Shown: positions 36,713 through 50,285 of the stretch, one piece after another
How the letters are laid out: each line of letters starts with the position of its first letter
How positions within the stretch are numbered: the stretch's first letter is position 1
Translations under genes and position numbers: made by a program
The notes under the pieces: model-generated
Seen by the model: only the letters and a program-made list of their open reading frames with translations
Told to the model about the DNA's origin: nothing
Databases searched by the model: none
From: Lama guanicoe
Lineage: Eukaryota
DNA: 64,000 nt
Assembly (NCBI GenBank): GCA_013239625.1
Contig: MU053559.1
Span: 1,905,205 to 1,969,204 of the forward strand
Direction: 5' to 3'

Positions 36713-37096
36713 GTGTAGACAGTCGGTCCTGCGGGCCTCTCTGTGTCCTCCGTGGTGATATGCGGGGAGTAGACTGAGCATGGTGTGCAGAGTGGAAGTC
36801 CTGCCCTGGCTCCGGTCTTGGTTCATCGTAGACAAGTTACTTAACCTCCCTGAAGCATGCTGTGCCAATCATGGTGTGGATCATAATTACTCCGCTTTCT
36901 ACTTTTCAGAGTCCTGGGAGAAGCAAATAGGAGAAGCTGTGGGGAAATTACCCACAAAGTACTTCAGTAAGTTGTCCCCCAGGACAGCCAGCCCAGGCAT
37001 TAAGGAGTTGTTTGTCACATGGGGCAGGGGTGGAATTTTTGTCATACACCTTCTCCTAAGAAATCCATGGCAAAGCCTCTATCCTATGATTTTTTC

Positions 37097-39645
37097 CCCA
37101 TTTTTAAAATTGTGGTAAAATATACAGATCATAAAATTTATCATCTTAAATATTTTTAAAATTAATTTGGGAGGGAGATAATTAGGTTTGTTTGTTTATT
37201 TATTTAATAATTATTTTTAACGGGGGTACTGGGGGTTGAATCTGGGACCCTGTGCATGCTAAGCACATGCTCTACCACTGAACTATACCCTCCTCTCCTT
37301 AAACATTTTGAAGTGTACATTTCAGTGCTATTAAATTCATTCATAATGTTGTATAACCATCACCACCATCAATTTCGAGAACTCTTCTCATCTTGTAAAA
37401 CTGAAAGTCTATATTCATTAAACAATAACTGCCCATTTTCCCCTCCCACCAGGCCCTCCAGACCACCATTCTGCTTTTTGTCTCTGTGACTATGGTTACT
37501 CAAAGTACTCAAACCATGGGCTACTTCAGATATTTCATATAAATGGAATCACACAATATTTGTCTTTTTTGTGACTGACTTATTTCACTTAGCATAATGT
37601 CCTCAGCATTTATCCATGTTGTAGCATGTGTCAGAATTTCAGTCCTTTTTAAGGCTGAATAATACTCCATTGTATGGATAGACCACATTTTGCTTACTCA
37701 TTTATTTATCAATGGACACTTGGGTTGCTTCCGTGTTTTAGCTATTGTAAATAATGCTGCTGTGCACATGGGTGTACAAATATCTCTTTGAGACCCTGCT
37801 TTCAATTCTTCTGGGTATATATTGATTTTTCTGAGTTTAATTTCATCATTGAAAATTAGGAGTTTTTCATAAAATTTGGAAAAGTTTCAGGCATTATTTC
37901 TCTAAATATTTTTGTCTGCCCCCTTTTCCCTCTCCTTTCTTTCCTGTACTACTATTATGCATATGTTGGTATGCTTAAAAATGTCTCAACTGTCTCTGAG
38001 ACTCTTCATTTTCTTCTTTCTTTTGTTCAGATTACATAATCTCATTTGATTTACCTTCAGTTTCCCTGATTCTTTCTTTTGTCAGCTCAAATCTACTGCT
38101 GAGCCCCTCTAGTAACTTTTTCATTTCAGTTATACTTTTCAATGCCATTCTTTCTCTTTGGTTCTTTAAAAAAATGTGTATTTTTAATTGACATTCTTTA
38201 TTTCATGAGCTGTGTTATCATACCTTTATTTTTTTTAAAATGCTTTCCTTTGGTCTTTAAACATGTTTTTTATATTATAGATGCTCTGAAGTCTGTTTCT
38301 CCTAAGTCCAACATCTTGGCCCCTTCAAAGGCAGCTTCTGTTGCCTGGTTTGCCTGTGCATGGGTCACAGTTTCCTGTTTTTTTTTTTCTTTTTTGGACT
38401 GTCTTACCATTTTGGGGGAAATTTGGATATTTTATAGAAATATGTTGTATTAACTCTGGATTCTGATTACTCTGGTCCAGTTCCCTCCTGCCCACCTCTT
38501 ACCGGGCTTCTTACTCTTGTTGCTGGTTTTATGTTGTTTGCTTATTTGTTTACTGACTTGCCTGGGCTAATTCTGTGAAATCTGTTTCTCTTGCAGTGTG
38601 GGATATGACTCTCTTGGGATATGACTGCTCAGGTTTTTTTCCCTTGTTCTTATTTTAACCCTGGCATCCTGAGGGGTCATCCATGGTCAGCATAGCTTAT
38701 TAGTCAGTCAGGGATTGGCCAGAGGCTGAGCTTATGCCACTGAGGCAGTAAGCCTTTCATCCTTTGCTGTTGGATCTGTGTGTGGCTTGGGGACTGCTTT
38801 CAAAGTTCAGAGCCTTAGCAAGTATGTTCCACATTCAGTCAGGGAGTGGGAGCTCACAAGTACCCTTTCTGGATGCTCCTGAGAGGGCACAGTCTTGCAT
38901 GTACACACATCTTTCTGGAGCATCAGGGAGAAGTATGATCTTAGGAGAGGCTTCTTGGCCCATCTCTTTTCCTGGATCTCCCTGTTGAATTTCTGGCTTG
39001 GTCCTCCATTTTTGTTTGCCTGCGCTAGTGTTGTGTAGCTGTTAGTCTTCTCTCATTGCTAGCCAGTATCATCTCTGTGAATTTTGACAATACTCCTGGG
39101 CATAGGTTTCTCCACATTCTGTTCCAAATAAAGTCACACCTCTTAGGCAGAGCTTCAGATCTGCCGGTCTTCACTGTGTCTCATACCCTCTCCTCTGCCC
39201 CCCCCCCACCCCCTACCCCAAGAAGGGTTGGAGCTATAGGGACATATATGAACAACTGTTCTTCATGGCCCTGCTTTTCCATCCCAGAGTCTACCCTCTG
39301 TTCTACAAATCTGGAGGGGTAAGGGGAAGGTAGGGAGAGAAGCCACCCCACCTAAAGTGGAACCTCCACACTGTGGAACCAGAGCTGGGGTCTTCATGGG
39401 CTGCCCTCTCCACCCAGAATAGATCTTCCACAATACAGAGCTGGGGGGTGGGGAATGAGAGCAGCTCCTGGTTCAAACGTCACAGGCTCCTATTGTTCTT
39501 ACTGAGATTCAGTAGATTTTTATTGAACAAAGGATTCTCAACTTATGGTTTTTTTTTAACAGTTTCCCTCAATTTTATTCATCACTGTTTTCTGAGGAGA
39601 GGATTGCTGAAATCCTTACATAGCCACTGTAGAAGTCCCACCCCC
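37097..39645 (-). mobile_element. Old L1MB-type element: 3' end joined to an ORF1/5' region with a large internal deletion
   Basis: 3'UTR at 37097-37822 then ORF1/5'-type sequence to ~39640; flanked by a perfect 16-bp atcctatgattttttc (37081-37096 / 39646-39661). Confidence 0.7.
37158..37297 (-). mobile_element. Camelid tRNA-Ala SINE nested in L1
   Basis: TSD cttaaa(t/c)atttt. Confidence 0.9.
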
Positions 39646-39661
39646 ATCCTATGATTTTTTC

Positions 39662-39980
39662 TTTTTATTGAGGTATAGTCAGTTTCCAATGTTGTGTCAG
39701 TTTCTGGTGTACAGCACGATGCTTCAGTCATACATGAATATACATACATTTGTTTTCATATTATTTTTCGCCATAATCTTCTACAAGATACCAAATATAG
39801 CTCCCTGTGCTATACAGTGTAAACTTATTTATCTCCTTTATATATAGGAGTTAGTATCTGCAAATCCAGAACTCCCAATTTACCCCTTCCCACCCCCTTC
39901 CCCACTGGTAACCATAAGTTTGTTTTCTATGTCTGGGAGTCTGTTTCTGTTTTATAAGTAAGTTCATTTGTCATTTTCTT
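39662..39980 (-). mobile_element. Camelid-type L1 3' end
   Basis: ttattgaggtatagtcagttt...ggtaaccataagtttgttttctatg; homologous to 15598-15920. Confidence 0.9.
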
Positions 39981-39994
39981 TCTTGTGATTTTTT

Positions 39995-40157
39995 TTAAGC
40001 ATTATTTTTTGTTTGTTTGTTTGTTTTTGTATTTTTTTGAGGGGAGGAGCTAATTGGGTTTATTTATTTATTTATTCTAATGGAGGTACTGGGGATTAAA
40101 CCCAGGACCTCGTACATGCTAAGCATGCGCTCTGCCACTTGAGCTACACCCTCCCCC
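39995..40157 (-). mobile_element. Camelid tRNA-Ala SINE
   Basis: tggaggtactggggattaaacccaggacc...gagctacaccctccccc. Confidence 0.92.
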
Positions 40158-40774
40158 ACTATGAGGTTTTGACGGCAACAGCTGGATGCTTCTTGTTCTG
40201 TGAAAACATCAGATTCATGGAATTTGGGGGTACATCACCAAAGTGCATGTGGAAACTCGGGCTGGTTCCCTCTGGCCGTGTTCCCTGTTGAGGCACACTG
40301 CTTGTACTCTTTACTGAGGTGGATGGTTTTGGCCATACCCTGTTGGGGTCCCTACTGAGTTTTTGCCTCTCTGTTACGAGTGTTTGGCAGCCTGAATAGA
40401 ATTTGTGCAACTCTAGGTCAGGGAAGATCGACAACCTGATAACAAAAGACAGTTCATATCTTTTCATGGGGCCCTGGTTAGGCTCTCCTGACCTTTGCCT
40501 ACAACGCTCACCAGATTCAGTGAGCATATACCCAGGTCATCTGTGGCCCAGTTCTCTGCATCTTACTCTTCTTCCCACTTACCTCGATTAATTATTCCAG
40601 ATACCTTGGGTCCAGCAGGCATCACACAATAGATATTCTATTCATTGTTTATGCCTCTGCCTCTCTCTTACCAGAGTTGCAACCTCTTTGAAGCAGAAAA
40701 TCTCATCTTATTCAGGAGAGTACCTGATATATTATGGAGGTGGTAGCATTTGTAATTGTAACAACTAAATATTA

Positions 40775-40945
40775 TTATAATAATGGTATCTAAAATTAAG
40801 TGCTAACTCTGGCCCAGAAACTGTTCAAAACACTTTACATTTATTCACTCATTGAAGCCTCCCAGCCACCCTACCAGGGGTGTATTATTATCGTCTGCGT
40901 TTTGCAGATGAGAAAAGTGAGGCACAGAGCATGTAAGTAATCTCT
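40775..40945 (-). mobile_element. MIR
   Basis: ttttgcagatgagaaaagtgaggcacagag. Confidence 0.8.
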
Positions 40946-42088
40946 CAATAAACCGTTGCTAATCTATATCTGCTAAGAGAATAAGAATTTGGGGGGAAAA
41001 AGTCAACTGCAGAAAAGGCAGCCAAGCCATCTCAAGTGTCAGATATACCTAAGCCCAGAGACACAAAGGAGACAATCGAGTTTGCTGATCTTTTTAATTT
41101 TTATTCTATTTTTATTGAAGTATAGTCAATTTACAATATTTTGTTAGTGATTGCCATGTATATATAAATGCTTTTTCAATATAGATTGCAATCTTGTTTG
41201 GATGTTGGGCGGATAATGATTCTGTGGTTCTACGGCTTTGAAGCAACACCATCCCTCACATGTGGCTCAGTCACTTTATCCAGAGGCTTTGGGGTGCTCA
41301 TGGGGTGGGGGGGTTTGAGGCTCTCCCGTGCTGCCATCCCCCAGAATTGCCCAGGCAACCTCCTGAGGGTGGGCTGCTCAGGTCACTAAGGAGCTCCTTG
41401 CAAGGGGGCACATGTGCTCTCCGGCCTGAAATCTTTTATCATTTAAATTTCCTTCCCGGTGATGCAGCAGCAAAGGGTATTTTTGAGATGGCAATTTTTT
41501 CTTTCCCTCTCTCTCTCTCTTTTAAAGTTAAAGCTAGAAACCTGTGACTATCCTGGAGCCATTTCTTTTATAATTTCTAGCTTTTTGGAAAAAAAAAGAT
41601 GCATAAGAAGAGTCCACTTCCTCACTGACAGGCCTAAACTAGATACACAGCGGGATGCGGCGGCGGAGACTCACACCCGTGTCATCAGGGTGTATCCTGG
41701 GTCAGGGCCCTCACGTTACGCTGACTTTATGGTTCACTTTGTACATGACTATACATTACCTTTGCCATGGTAATCCTGCAGCTTTCCCCACTCTCGCGAT
41801 AACGTGGCAGACCTGGCAGGAAAGCAGTGCTCTTACCCCCCCCACCCCGTGGGGAAGCTCTGACCATTATGGACTAATTTCCAGGCGCAGAGGGCACACA
41901 GCATCAGGGCCGTCACTCTGCCTTTCTTCCTAGAGGCCGGGGACCAAAATGCATATGACAGCTCAAGGGTTTTCCTAGCGATTAATCGCTGCTGCTCACT
42001 CCACCCATAGAAAGAAAAAACTGGCAGGGATTTTATCCGTTGGGATCACAGTGACTTTTTGAACAGGGGCAATCGCAATTGTGAAATG

Positions 42089-42110
42089 GCTGAGTCAGGG
42101 AACTTCCTCT
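42089..42110. promoter_or_regulatory. Candidate composite AP-1/ARE, NF-kB and ETS site
   Basis: GCTGAGTCA (42089-42097) abuts GGGAACTTCC (42098-42107), which overlaps ACTTCCT. Confidence 0.35.
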
Positions 42111-44074
42111 GTCTTTAAGATAAGAATGTTATGAGCTAGTGTCATTGGTGACTTGAGGCTTCCCTGCTTTGCATAAAAAATAGCCAGAATCAGAGACACT
42201 GCACAGGGGTCTTGGGCACAGTGGATGAAGGGAAAACTGCCCAAGAATTGAATGCCTTCTTGGGTTTCTCTTGCTATTTGGTGCAGATGTCAGGAGGGCA
42301 AGAAGAAGAGGGGCTGTTGTTTTTAGCATGTTGGTTGCCGAAGAAGATACAAAGTCCAAAGAACCCTGTCAGTCAGTGGCCTCTAGCCAAATCTCCCAAA
42401 GCCTTTTTATTGAAATCCGTGCCCCACATTTCCATCTCTCTCGTCTCAAAAGTCCTTCCTCGTATATAACTGAAGTCGAATTCTTTCATTTTCTTAGGTT
42501 GAAATAGCTGATAGTTGCTCACTTTCTACCTGCAAAATGGTTCAACCTAATCTAGTTAGAGGTTTTCTTTTGTTCAAGAGAGAGAGAAAAAAATCATTAC
42601 AGTAAGAACCGAGAAGTGGAGACAGCGCTGATTCTCAGAGGAGAGGCTGTGGGGCTGGAGGGAAGGGGTGGACGGGGGTTCCCAGCACCGTTCCCCAGCG
42701 TGGGCACTGCAGCCGGTGCACCGACGCCTTGACTGCAGCCTCAGCCCGAGGAGGAGATGCTGGTTGGAGTGGGGAGGACACCCTACAAAGTCAAAGCAGG
42801 TTGTTGTGGTTGAAAAATGCAAATGACTACGTCTTCATCAGAGTTAGAAAACATCACCCATATGCACACGCAAAGGAGCACTTTCAACCTGCTGTATTTC
42901 CCTTGCTTGGGCAAATGCTGAGCTTTGATTTTTTTTTTCTCATGTACTTTAAGGCAGTTGCTCTCCTAGATTAGAAAGGTTTGCTTTTGCTCAGGCTGAG
43001 CACAGCTGTTTCATTACTTGTATCAAAGTAATAACCAAACTCAACCCAACCCCAATGGTTCTGATAGAACATGTAGAAACTAGCTGGTTGGGGGAACAAA
43101 TGTAACCTTTTAATCTGCTAAGGAATGAGTTCTAAGTTGACTCAAGCCGATGAATAACTAGGAAAATGAAGATCACATTCGAAATGGTGGACCTTTGCTT
43201 TTCTTCCTCGGCTTCACAATAAAGTGTGTTTCATGCTCCTGCTAGTTGCAGTATAGGGCACACGGGTTTTTATTGGAATTTATTTATCACGAGGCTACTG
43301 ACTGATAGAATTTTTCAGACTTTGTATCTTCTTCGGCAATCAACCTGCTAAAAAGGATAGACCCTCTTCTCCTTGCGCCCTCATGACATTAGCACCAAAT
43401 AGCGACAGACACTCAACAAGGCACTGAATTCTTGGGCATTGCTCCTGTCATCCACTGTGCCCACATCTCTCTGCAATGTTGCTGATTCTGGCTATTTTTT
43501 ATGCAAACTACAAATTATCCAGTGCCACATTAGTGATCTTGATCCTGATCCTGGCTGTGCTTTAGAAAAACCTTGAACCTGGCCCCCCAGAGCTCTCCTG
43601 GAAATAGTTTACTAGAATGGATAACCCAGTGCTCTCGACTCATCTCCTATAAGGATTCTTCTCACCTGAGTAGAAGCAGTACTTGTGGTCATTTGTTGTA
43701 GTTCAGCTAATCCTACCGTTAATTAACTAACTGGTTTCTTCTTTTGCAAAACTGGTACAATAACACCACTATAGAAGGATGTTACGAGCACGAAGATTAG
43801 ATTAGTTAGATAAAGAGCTTGAAATAGGGGCTGACGCATAACAGATGATCAAGAAATGTTTATTATCCTCAACTTAAAAATAAAAAAAACACCAACCCAC
43901 CAATTTAAAGCATTTACTTAGTGATAACACATGAAAACTGAAATCCAGTGATTTCTACCTCACTTCACTTTGCTGATGGACTTTCTCACCACCACTTGGG
44001 CCCCAAGCTCAAACCTCACAGCCTCACATTCCCTGCGCGGCCTCCTGGTGACTTTCATCAGCTCTCCTATAGAG

Positions 44075-44254
44075 CAGCTGTTCTCAAAAGTGTGGCCTGG
44101 GACCAGCAGGAGCAGCAGCACCTAGGAACTTGAAAGAAATGCAAATTCTTGGGCTCCATCCAGACCTACTGAGTCAGACGCCCTGGGGTTGAGGCCCAGC
44201 AGGTTTTGACAAGCCCTGCAGGTGACTTTGATGCACTAAGTCTGAGAACCGCTG
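44075..44254. mobile_element. hAT-Charlie MITE (MER5A-like)
   Basis: ttctcaaaagtgtggcc...agaaatgcaaattcttggg...tgagaaccgctg. Confidence 0.9.
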
Positions 44255-45054
44255 CTGTGAAGTGTGGGCCATGGCGGAAGGCTTGGCTTCTTTTCTCCGG
44301 GGGTCCCTTCTCCTTCCTTATCTTGAGAGGAAAAAAGGGAGTAAGAAAATCTCCTTGCTATTACTAGCAAGGTCAGGAAGCACCTTTCATTCTGCCCCTC
44401 AGTTCCCAAATGCTTTCCTTCTCCTCTGGGGAATCTTGACTTGTAGCTTCAGTGCGTCCCCTTGGCTCCTGTGTTCCGGGCACTAGCACTGCTGGCAATG
44501 AAAATTGCATGCCTCTTTGTTTGTTTGACTTATGTTAGATTTTACCTCTGGAAAACTTTCTAATTTAGGTAACTTTTTCTCTCATCTCCCTTCCCTTGTT
44601 AGCAGAACCAGGCATACTTCCCCTCAAAGGCTTAACTGCTTTGCCCTCTCAGTCTGCCTAGCCTTGTCCTCTTCCTCATGGATGCTTGCAGTCCTAGCCC
44701 CAAGGAGGTAGGGGAAATGGGGTGAACTGGAAAAGGGGAGAGGCGGATGCTTAGCAACATGGGACCACCCCGGGTTTTGGTGTTAAGAGGTGAGTAATAA
44801 TTTTCAGTCCAACTTCTTGCCCTGGATTTTTTTTCGGGTTGTATCTGAAGTACCTTTGAAGCGCTCCTACTTCTTCCTCCCCACCCAAACCCCAGGAGCC
44901 AGTTTTTCCTAGTCTCTTTAGTAGTCCCTCTGTTACTGAGAAGATCAAATCAGCAAATATATAAAAGCACTTCTGAAAACATTAGGCATCCTTTAGGAGG
45001 GGAATGAAAAGGGCTGGGTATAATTTTTCCTGAGTGAAGTTTTTATTCCGATCA

Positions 45055-45275
45055 AAACAAAATACTACAACTCACCAGCTATGAAACAGATTTGAGTAGC
45101 CCTATAACTTTTCAAGGAATTTAATTTGTAATTTAAAAAAATCCCCCCAAAAGAGATTTTTAGGTCCATGTGGTTTCACTGGAGGATTTTACTAAGAATT
45201 TAAGGAATTAACACCAATTCAAAAAACAAAAAACGAAAAACAAAACAAAACAAAACAACAAAACCACACAAAACA
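45055..45275 (+). mobile_element. Old L1 ORF2 internal fragment followed by (CAAAA)n
   Basis: ggtttcactggaggattttactaagaatttaaggaattaacaccaattc then an A-rich run. Confidence 0.65.
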
Positions 45276-45464
45276 GATATTGAACCAAAAATGAAAAAGA
45301 TTTGCCTTTTCCCAGCATGCTTCTGTGTCACCTCTCAAAAGTCATGGCAACCATCTACTTTGCTGAGAAGTAAATATCAGTCCTGTGAATGGTGATAAGA
45401 AATGGAAATTGGATGTGTGAGACATTATATAGAATATATATATTTTAGTATTTACTTGAAGAAA

Positions 45465-46035
45465 ACTCCTTATTATGGAGAACTTCAAACATAAAAACAA
45501 GCAGACAGAATAATACAGAAACCCCTCTACCCATCACCCAGCTTCAACAACTATCCATTCATGGTGAATCTTGTTTCATTTGTGCCTCCATCCACTTCTC
45601 TCCTTCCCATATTTTCTTGAAGCAAATCTCAAATGTCATGTTATGTTATCCATCACTATTTCAGCATGTACCTCCAAAAGGTAAGGACTTAAAAAATATA
45701 TAGCCACCATACCATTTTCAGACTTAAAAAGGTAACAAAAATTCCTTAATATCATCAAGTATCCATTAAGTGTTCAAATTTACAATTTTCTCTTAAATAG
45801 TATAAATTGTTTTAATCAGGATCCAAATAAGGTCCACACATCATAGTTGGTTATTTGGCTTTTAGGTCTGTTTAAACCTGTCTACAAGTCTCTCTCTTCA
45901 TGAAATTGATTTGTCATTTAACATGACATGTTCTCCTGTCTTCTGAATTTCCTGTAAAGTGTTATTTGAACTAGACTTGATCATATTCAGGTTTTATTTT
46001 TTTTTCACAAGAATGCTTCATATGGGGTATTACAT
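45465..46035 (-). mobile_element. L1MC4/5-type 3' end
   Basis: ttatggagaacttcaaacata...cccatcacccagcttcaacaa...atcaggatccaaataaggtccacaca. Confidence 0.8.
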
Positions 46036-46125
46036 ATAGCATGTTTCACAAACAAATATTAAGGATTATAGGCTTATCAGCTATTTTGAATTACATGAAT
46101 TACCATTTTATGTCTCCTAGTATAT

Positions 46126-46284
46126 TTTTTATGTTTTAAAAATTTTATTTTATTTATTTTTTTTTGTTGGTGAGGGTAATCAGTTTTACTTATTTTTTAT
46201 TTCTAGAGGAGGTACTGGGGATTGAACCCAGGACCTTGCGTATGCTAAGCATGCGCTCTACCGCTTGAGCTATACCCTTCCCCC
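46126..46284 (-). mobile_element. Camelid tRNA-Ala SINE
   Basis: TSD cctagtata (46116-46124 / 46286-46294). Confidence 0.93.
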
Positions 46285-46913
46285 GCCTAGTATACTTAAA
46301 ATCAATTTTAATTCTTCAGAAATTTGTGGGTTTTCTTTTTCTTGTAGAAGTCTATGTCTCTGGCTGTGTGGAATGGGAAGGCATTAAGCTCTAAACCAGA
46401 CCAAAGGCCCTTTCAGTAAACAATTAAGGCCTTTGCTCTTTGATTTTTTTTGCAAATATCTTTAGAAAGGTTTTCCAGAGGTAAAATCTAGCATAAGTCA
46501 AACAAACAAAGAGGCATGTAATTTTCATCAGGGTTCTAATTCAGAATGTCTAAAGGTATTCCCAACAGCAATAAGATATTCATCTAAAACAGTAATTTTA
46601 TTTTCTTAATGTTTTCTGCAACCTCAATTTTCGTGTCGAAAACTGGATGATCTTTGAGAGTGCCTCCCAAATCTGCTATTAACTGATTCTAGAAGAATGC
46701 TTCCTAAAGGCTTTATCTTCCTAAAAATTTAACCTGAAAAAAAAAGCTGGTCCACATTATGCTCACAAATGAATGTGTGTCCATGTTGTCAGGTCACAAT
46801 GAAAGGAAATAAGATACTGATAATTGATCATAACGGGCAAACCACTATCTGTAAAGCCGATTTAAATTTCTGTTTACTTCAAATGTGTGCTTGGAAAAAA
46901 ACATTTTCCCAGC

Positions 46914-47418
46914 TGTATTAGTTGTCTATGGCTGCTATAACAAGTTACTATAAACTTTGTGGCTTCAAACAACACATTTATTATTTTCTGGTTCTGGGAG
47001 TCAGATATGGGTCTCATTGGGCTAAAATCCAGGTGTCTGTGGGGCTGCATTCCTTCTAGAGGCTCTAGGAGAGAATCCATTTCCTTGCCTTTTCCAGCTT
47101 CCAGGCGCCACCCACATTCCTTGACTCATGGTCCCTTTCCTCCATCTTCAAAGCCAGCAACAGCAGGCTAAGTCCTTCTTTATTTGCATCACTCTAACCT
47201 CCTCTTCTGCCTCCCTCTTTCACTTTTAAGGACCCTTGTGATTACATTGGAAACACCCACACAATCCAGGATAATCTTCCTATTTTAAGGTAGGCTGATT
47301 AGCACCCCCAATCCCATCTGCAACTGTAATTCCCCTTTGCTTTGTAACATAATATACTCACAGGTTTGGGGGATTAGGTTGTAGCCATCTTTGTGGGGCC
47401 ATTGTACTTCCTACCATA
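46914..47418 (-). mobile_element. MaLR solo LTR (MLT1D-like)
   Basis: tgtattagttgtctatggctgctataacaag...ggagagaatccatttccttgccttttccagctt. Confidence 0.9.
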
Positions 47419-47729
47419 CCGCCATTTGGTAATGTCTGAGATCTTTCTAGATTTAATCAAACCAAACAGCTGGGCTAAATATTTGAATTTGTTTTTGTGA
47501 TCTGTCTCATATTCCTTCGAGTAAGGCAGGAAATTAATAAATAACCAAACCAAATGCTGCTTTGATATTGAAGATAAACATCAATAATTATCCTACTCTG
47601 TACCAAATAAAAATGAGCATGGGTCTGTATCTTGCATTCTTGTTTCTGTTTATTGCCTTTTGTTTTCCAAAAGAAATCTTAACGTTAAGTACATCTCTCT
47701 GAATTTCCAATTTAAAACATATTTTTAGC

Positions 47730-50285
47730 AGATGTTTTCATTATCTTTACTTTTCAGAAATTCTATTTTAATTTGTCTGGGTATGGATATGGGTTTATTC
47801 TATTTGGATTTTCCTCAACTTCTTCAATCTACAGGGTTTTTTTTTTTTTCCCTCATCAAATTTGGGAAACTTTCAGTCGTTATTTCTTTGATTTTTTTTT
47901 TAACACTACATTCTTTCTTTTATTCTTCTGGGACTCAGATGACATCTACGTTGGAGCTTTTGCTATTTTCATACAAATCTCTTAAGCTCCGTTCTCTCTT
48001 TTTCCAATCTGTTTTCTCTGTCATTCAGAATGGGTAATTTCTTTTGATCTAGCTTAACTTTCACTGATTATTTCCTCTGTCATCTTCATTTTGCTATTGA
48101 GTCCTTCTGATGAGTTTTTCATTTTGGCCAGTGTATTTTTCAGTTCTGAAATTTCCATGACTTTCTTCTTTATATTTTCTGTTTCTTTGCTGAGACTTTC
48201 TATTTTTCCATTGTTTCAAGGATGTTCATAATTGCTTATTAAGCATTTTTATGATAGTTGTTTTTTGTCCCTTTGGGTTTTCCACATACAATCATGTCAT
48301 CTGGGAATTAAGACAATTTTATTTCTTCCTTTCTAATCTATATGCTTTCTATTTCTTTCTCTTGTCTCATTGCACAAATTACAGTGCAATTTTCAATAAG
48401 AGTTGTGAGAAAGGACATCCTTGTCTTATTCCTGATTTCAGTCTTGCACCATTAATGATAATGTTAGCTATAGGTTTTTTTGTAGAGAACCTTTATTTGG
48501 TTAAGGATATTCCCTTATTTTCCTGGTTTGTTGAGAATTTTTATCATGACTGGATATTGAATTTTTGTTGAAAGCTTTTTTTGCATCTATTGATATGATC
48601 ATATGGGTTTTCTTAGTCTTTTTATATGTTAAAACATTTTAAATATTGATTTCTGAATACTGAACCAGCCTTGTATTCCTGGGGTGAAACTCACCTGGTC
48701 TTGATAACTTTTTTATATACATGACTATACTCAATTTGCTAATTTTTTAAAGGATTTTTGCCTCTATGTTTGTGTGAGATACTGGTCTGTAGAGTTTGGT
48801 TTTGATTAGGATAATGCTAATCTTATAAAATTAGTTGGGGAATGTTCCCTCCTCTTCTGTTTTCTATGAGATATTGTGTAGTATTTATATTATTTTTTTT
48901 CCCTAAATGTTTGGTAGAATTCACCAATGAAATCATTTGGGCCAGGAGTGGTTTATTTTGGGGGAGGTTTTGAACTTTTTATCCGTTCAGTTTTTTCTAT
49001 AGATACTGGCGTATTTGAATTGTCTCTTTCTCCTTGATTGATATTTGGTAGTTTGTGTCTTTCATCTAAGTTATTCAATTTATGGTCATAGTAATGTTCA
49101 TAGTCTTCTCTTGTTAACCTTTTAATGTGATTGGCTGTGATCTCCCTCTTCTATTTCTGATATTGATAATTTGTGTCTTCTTTTTTATCCTCTTGGTTAG
49201 GCTGGCTAAAGGTTTATCAATTTTATTGATCATTTCAAAGAGCTAGCTTTTGCTTTTATTGATTTCTTTCTCTTTTCAATTTCTTTGGCTTCTCTAATTT
49301 TTATTACTTTCTTTCTTCTGCTTGCTTTAGGTTTAACTTCCTCTTCCTTCTCTCGTTTCCCAAAGTCTAAGCTTAGGTTATTGATTTTCGATATTTTTTT
49401 CTTTTTAACTTTTCGTTTAATGCTCTGCTATAAATTTCCCTCTAAGCAATGTTTTATCAGCATATCACACTTTTTTTACACTTTTTAAAATTATGGAACA
49501 ATATACATAACATAAAAGTTAACAATTTTAATGACTTTTAAGTGTGCAATTTAGTGGCATTAAGTACATTCACAGTGTTGTGCAACTACCACCACTATCC
49601 TTTTCTAGAACTTTTTCATCATGTCCCCCTAGTTCCTGCTAACCTCTATTCTACTTTCTGTCTCCATGAATTTGCCTTTTTCAGGTACCTCAGATAAGGA
49701 GGATTATTAAATATTTGTCCTTTTGTGTCTGACTTCTTTCACTTAGCAAAATGTTTTTCAAGGTTCATCCATATGTAGCAGAAGAAATGTTTATACATTC
49801 TTTTTTCATTTTCATTAAAAATGTCTTAAAATTTCCCTTGATATGATTTCGTTTGACTCCCTTGAGATGGGTTACATAGAAGTATATTATTTAATTTATA
49901 AATATTTGGTTATTTTTTTTATATCTTTCTATTACTGGTTTTTAGTTTAATTTTTTTTATGGTCTGGGAATGTACTTTGTATGATTTCTGTTCTTTTTAA
50001 TTCATTAAGCTTTGTTATATGTCCCAGAATTTGGTCTATCTTGGTGAATGTTCCATGTGCACTTGGGGAGAATGTGTATTCTGTTCTTGTTGGATGGAAT
50101 GTTTTCTAAATGTCAGTTTGGTTGAGTTGTTTGATGGTGCTGTCCAGATCATCTATATCCTTACTAATTTTCTGTCTGCTTGTTCTATCAATTACTGAAA
50201 GAATTCTTGAAGGCTCCAACTGCAGCTGGATTTATCTGTTGCTTCTTCCAGATTGATCAGTTTTTGACACTCTGTTGTTAGAATC
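47730..50285 (-). mobile_element. Fragmented old L1 block (ORF1-region and ORF2 pieces; nested L1MB 3' end at ~49475-49785)
   Basis: Antisense L1 motifs throughout (ggacatccttgtcttattcctgattt, aaggtttatcaattttattgatc, ttggtgaatgttccatgtgcacttg). Confidence 0.85.
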
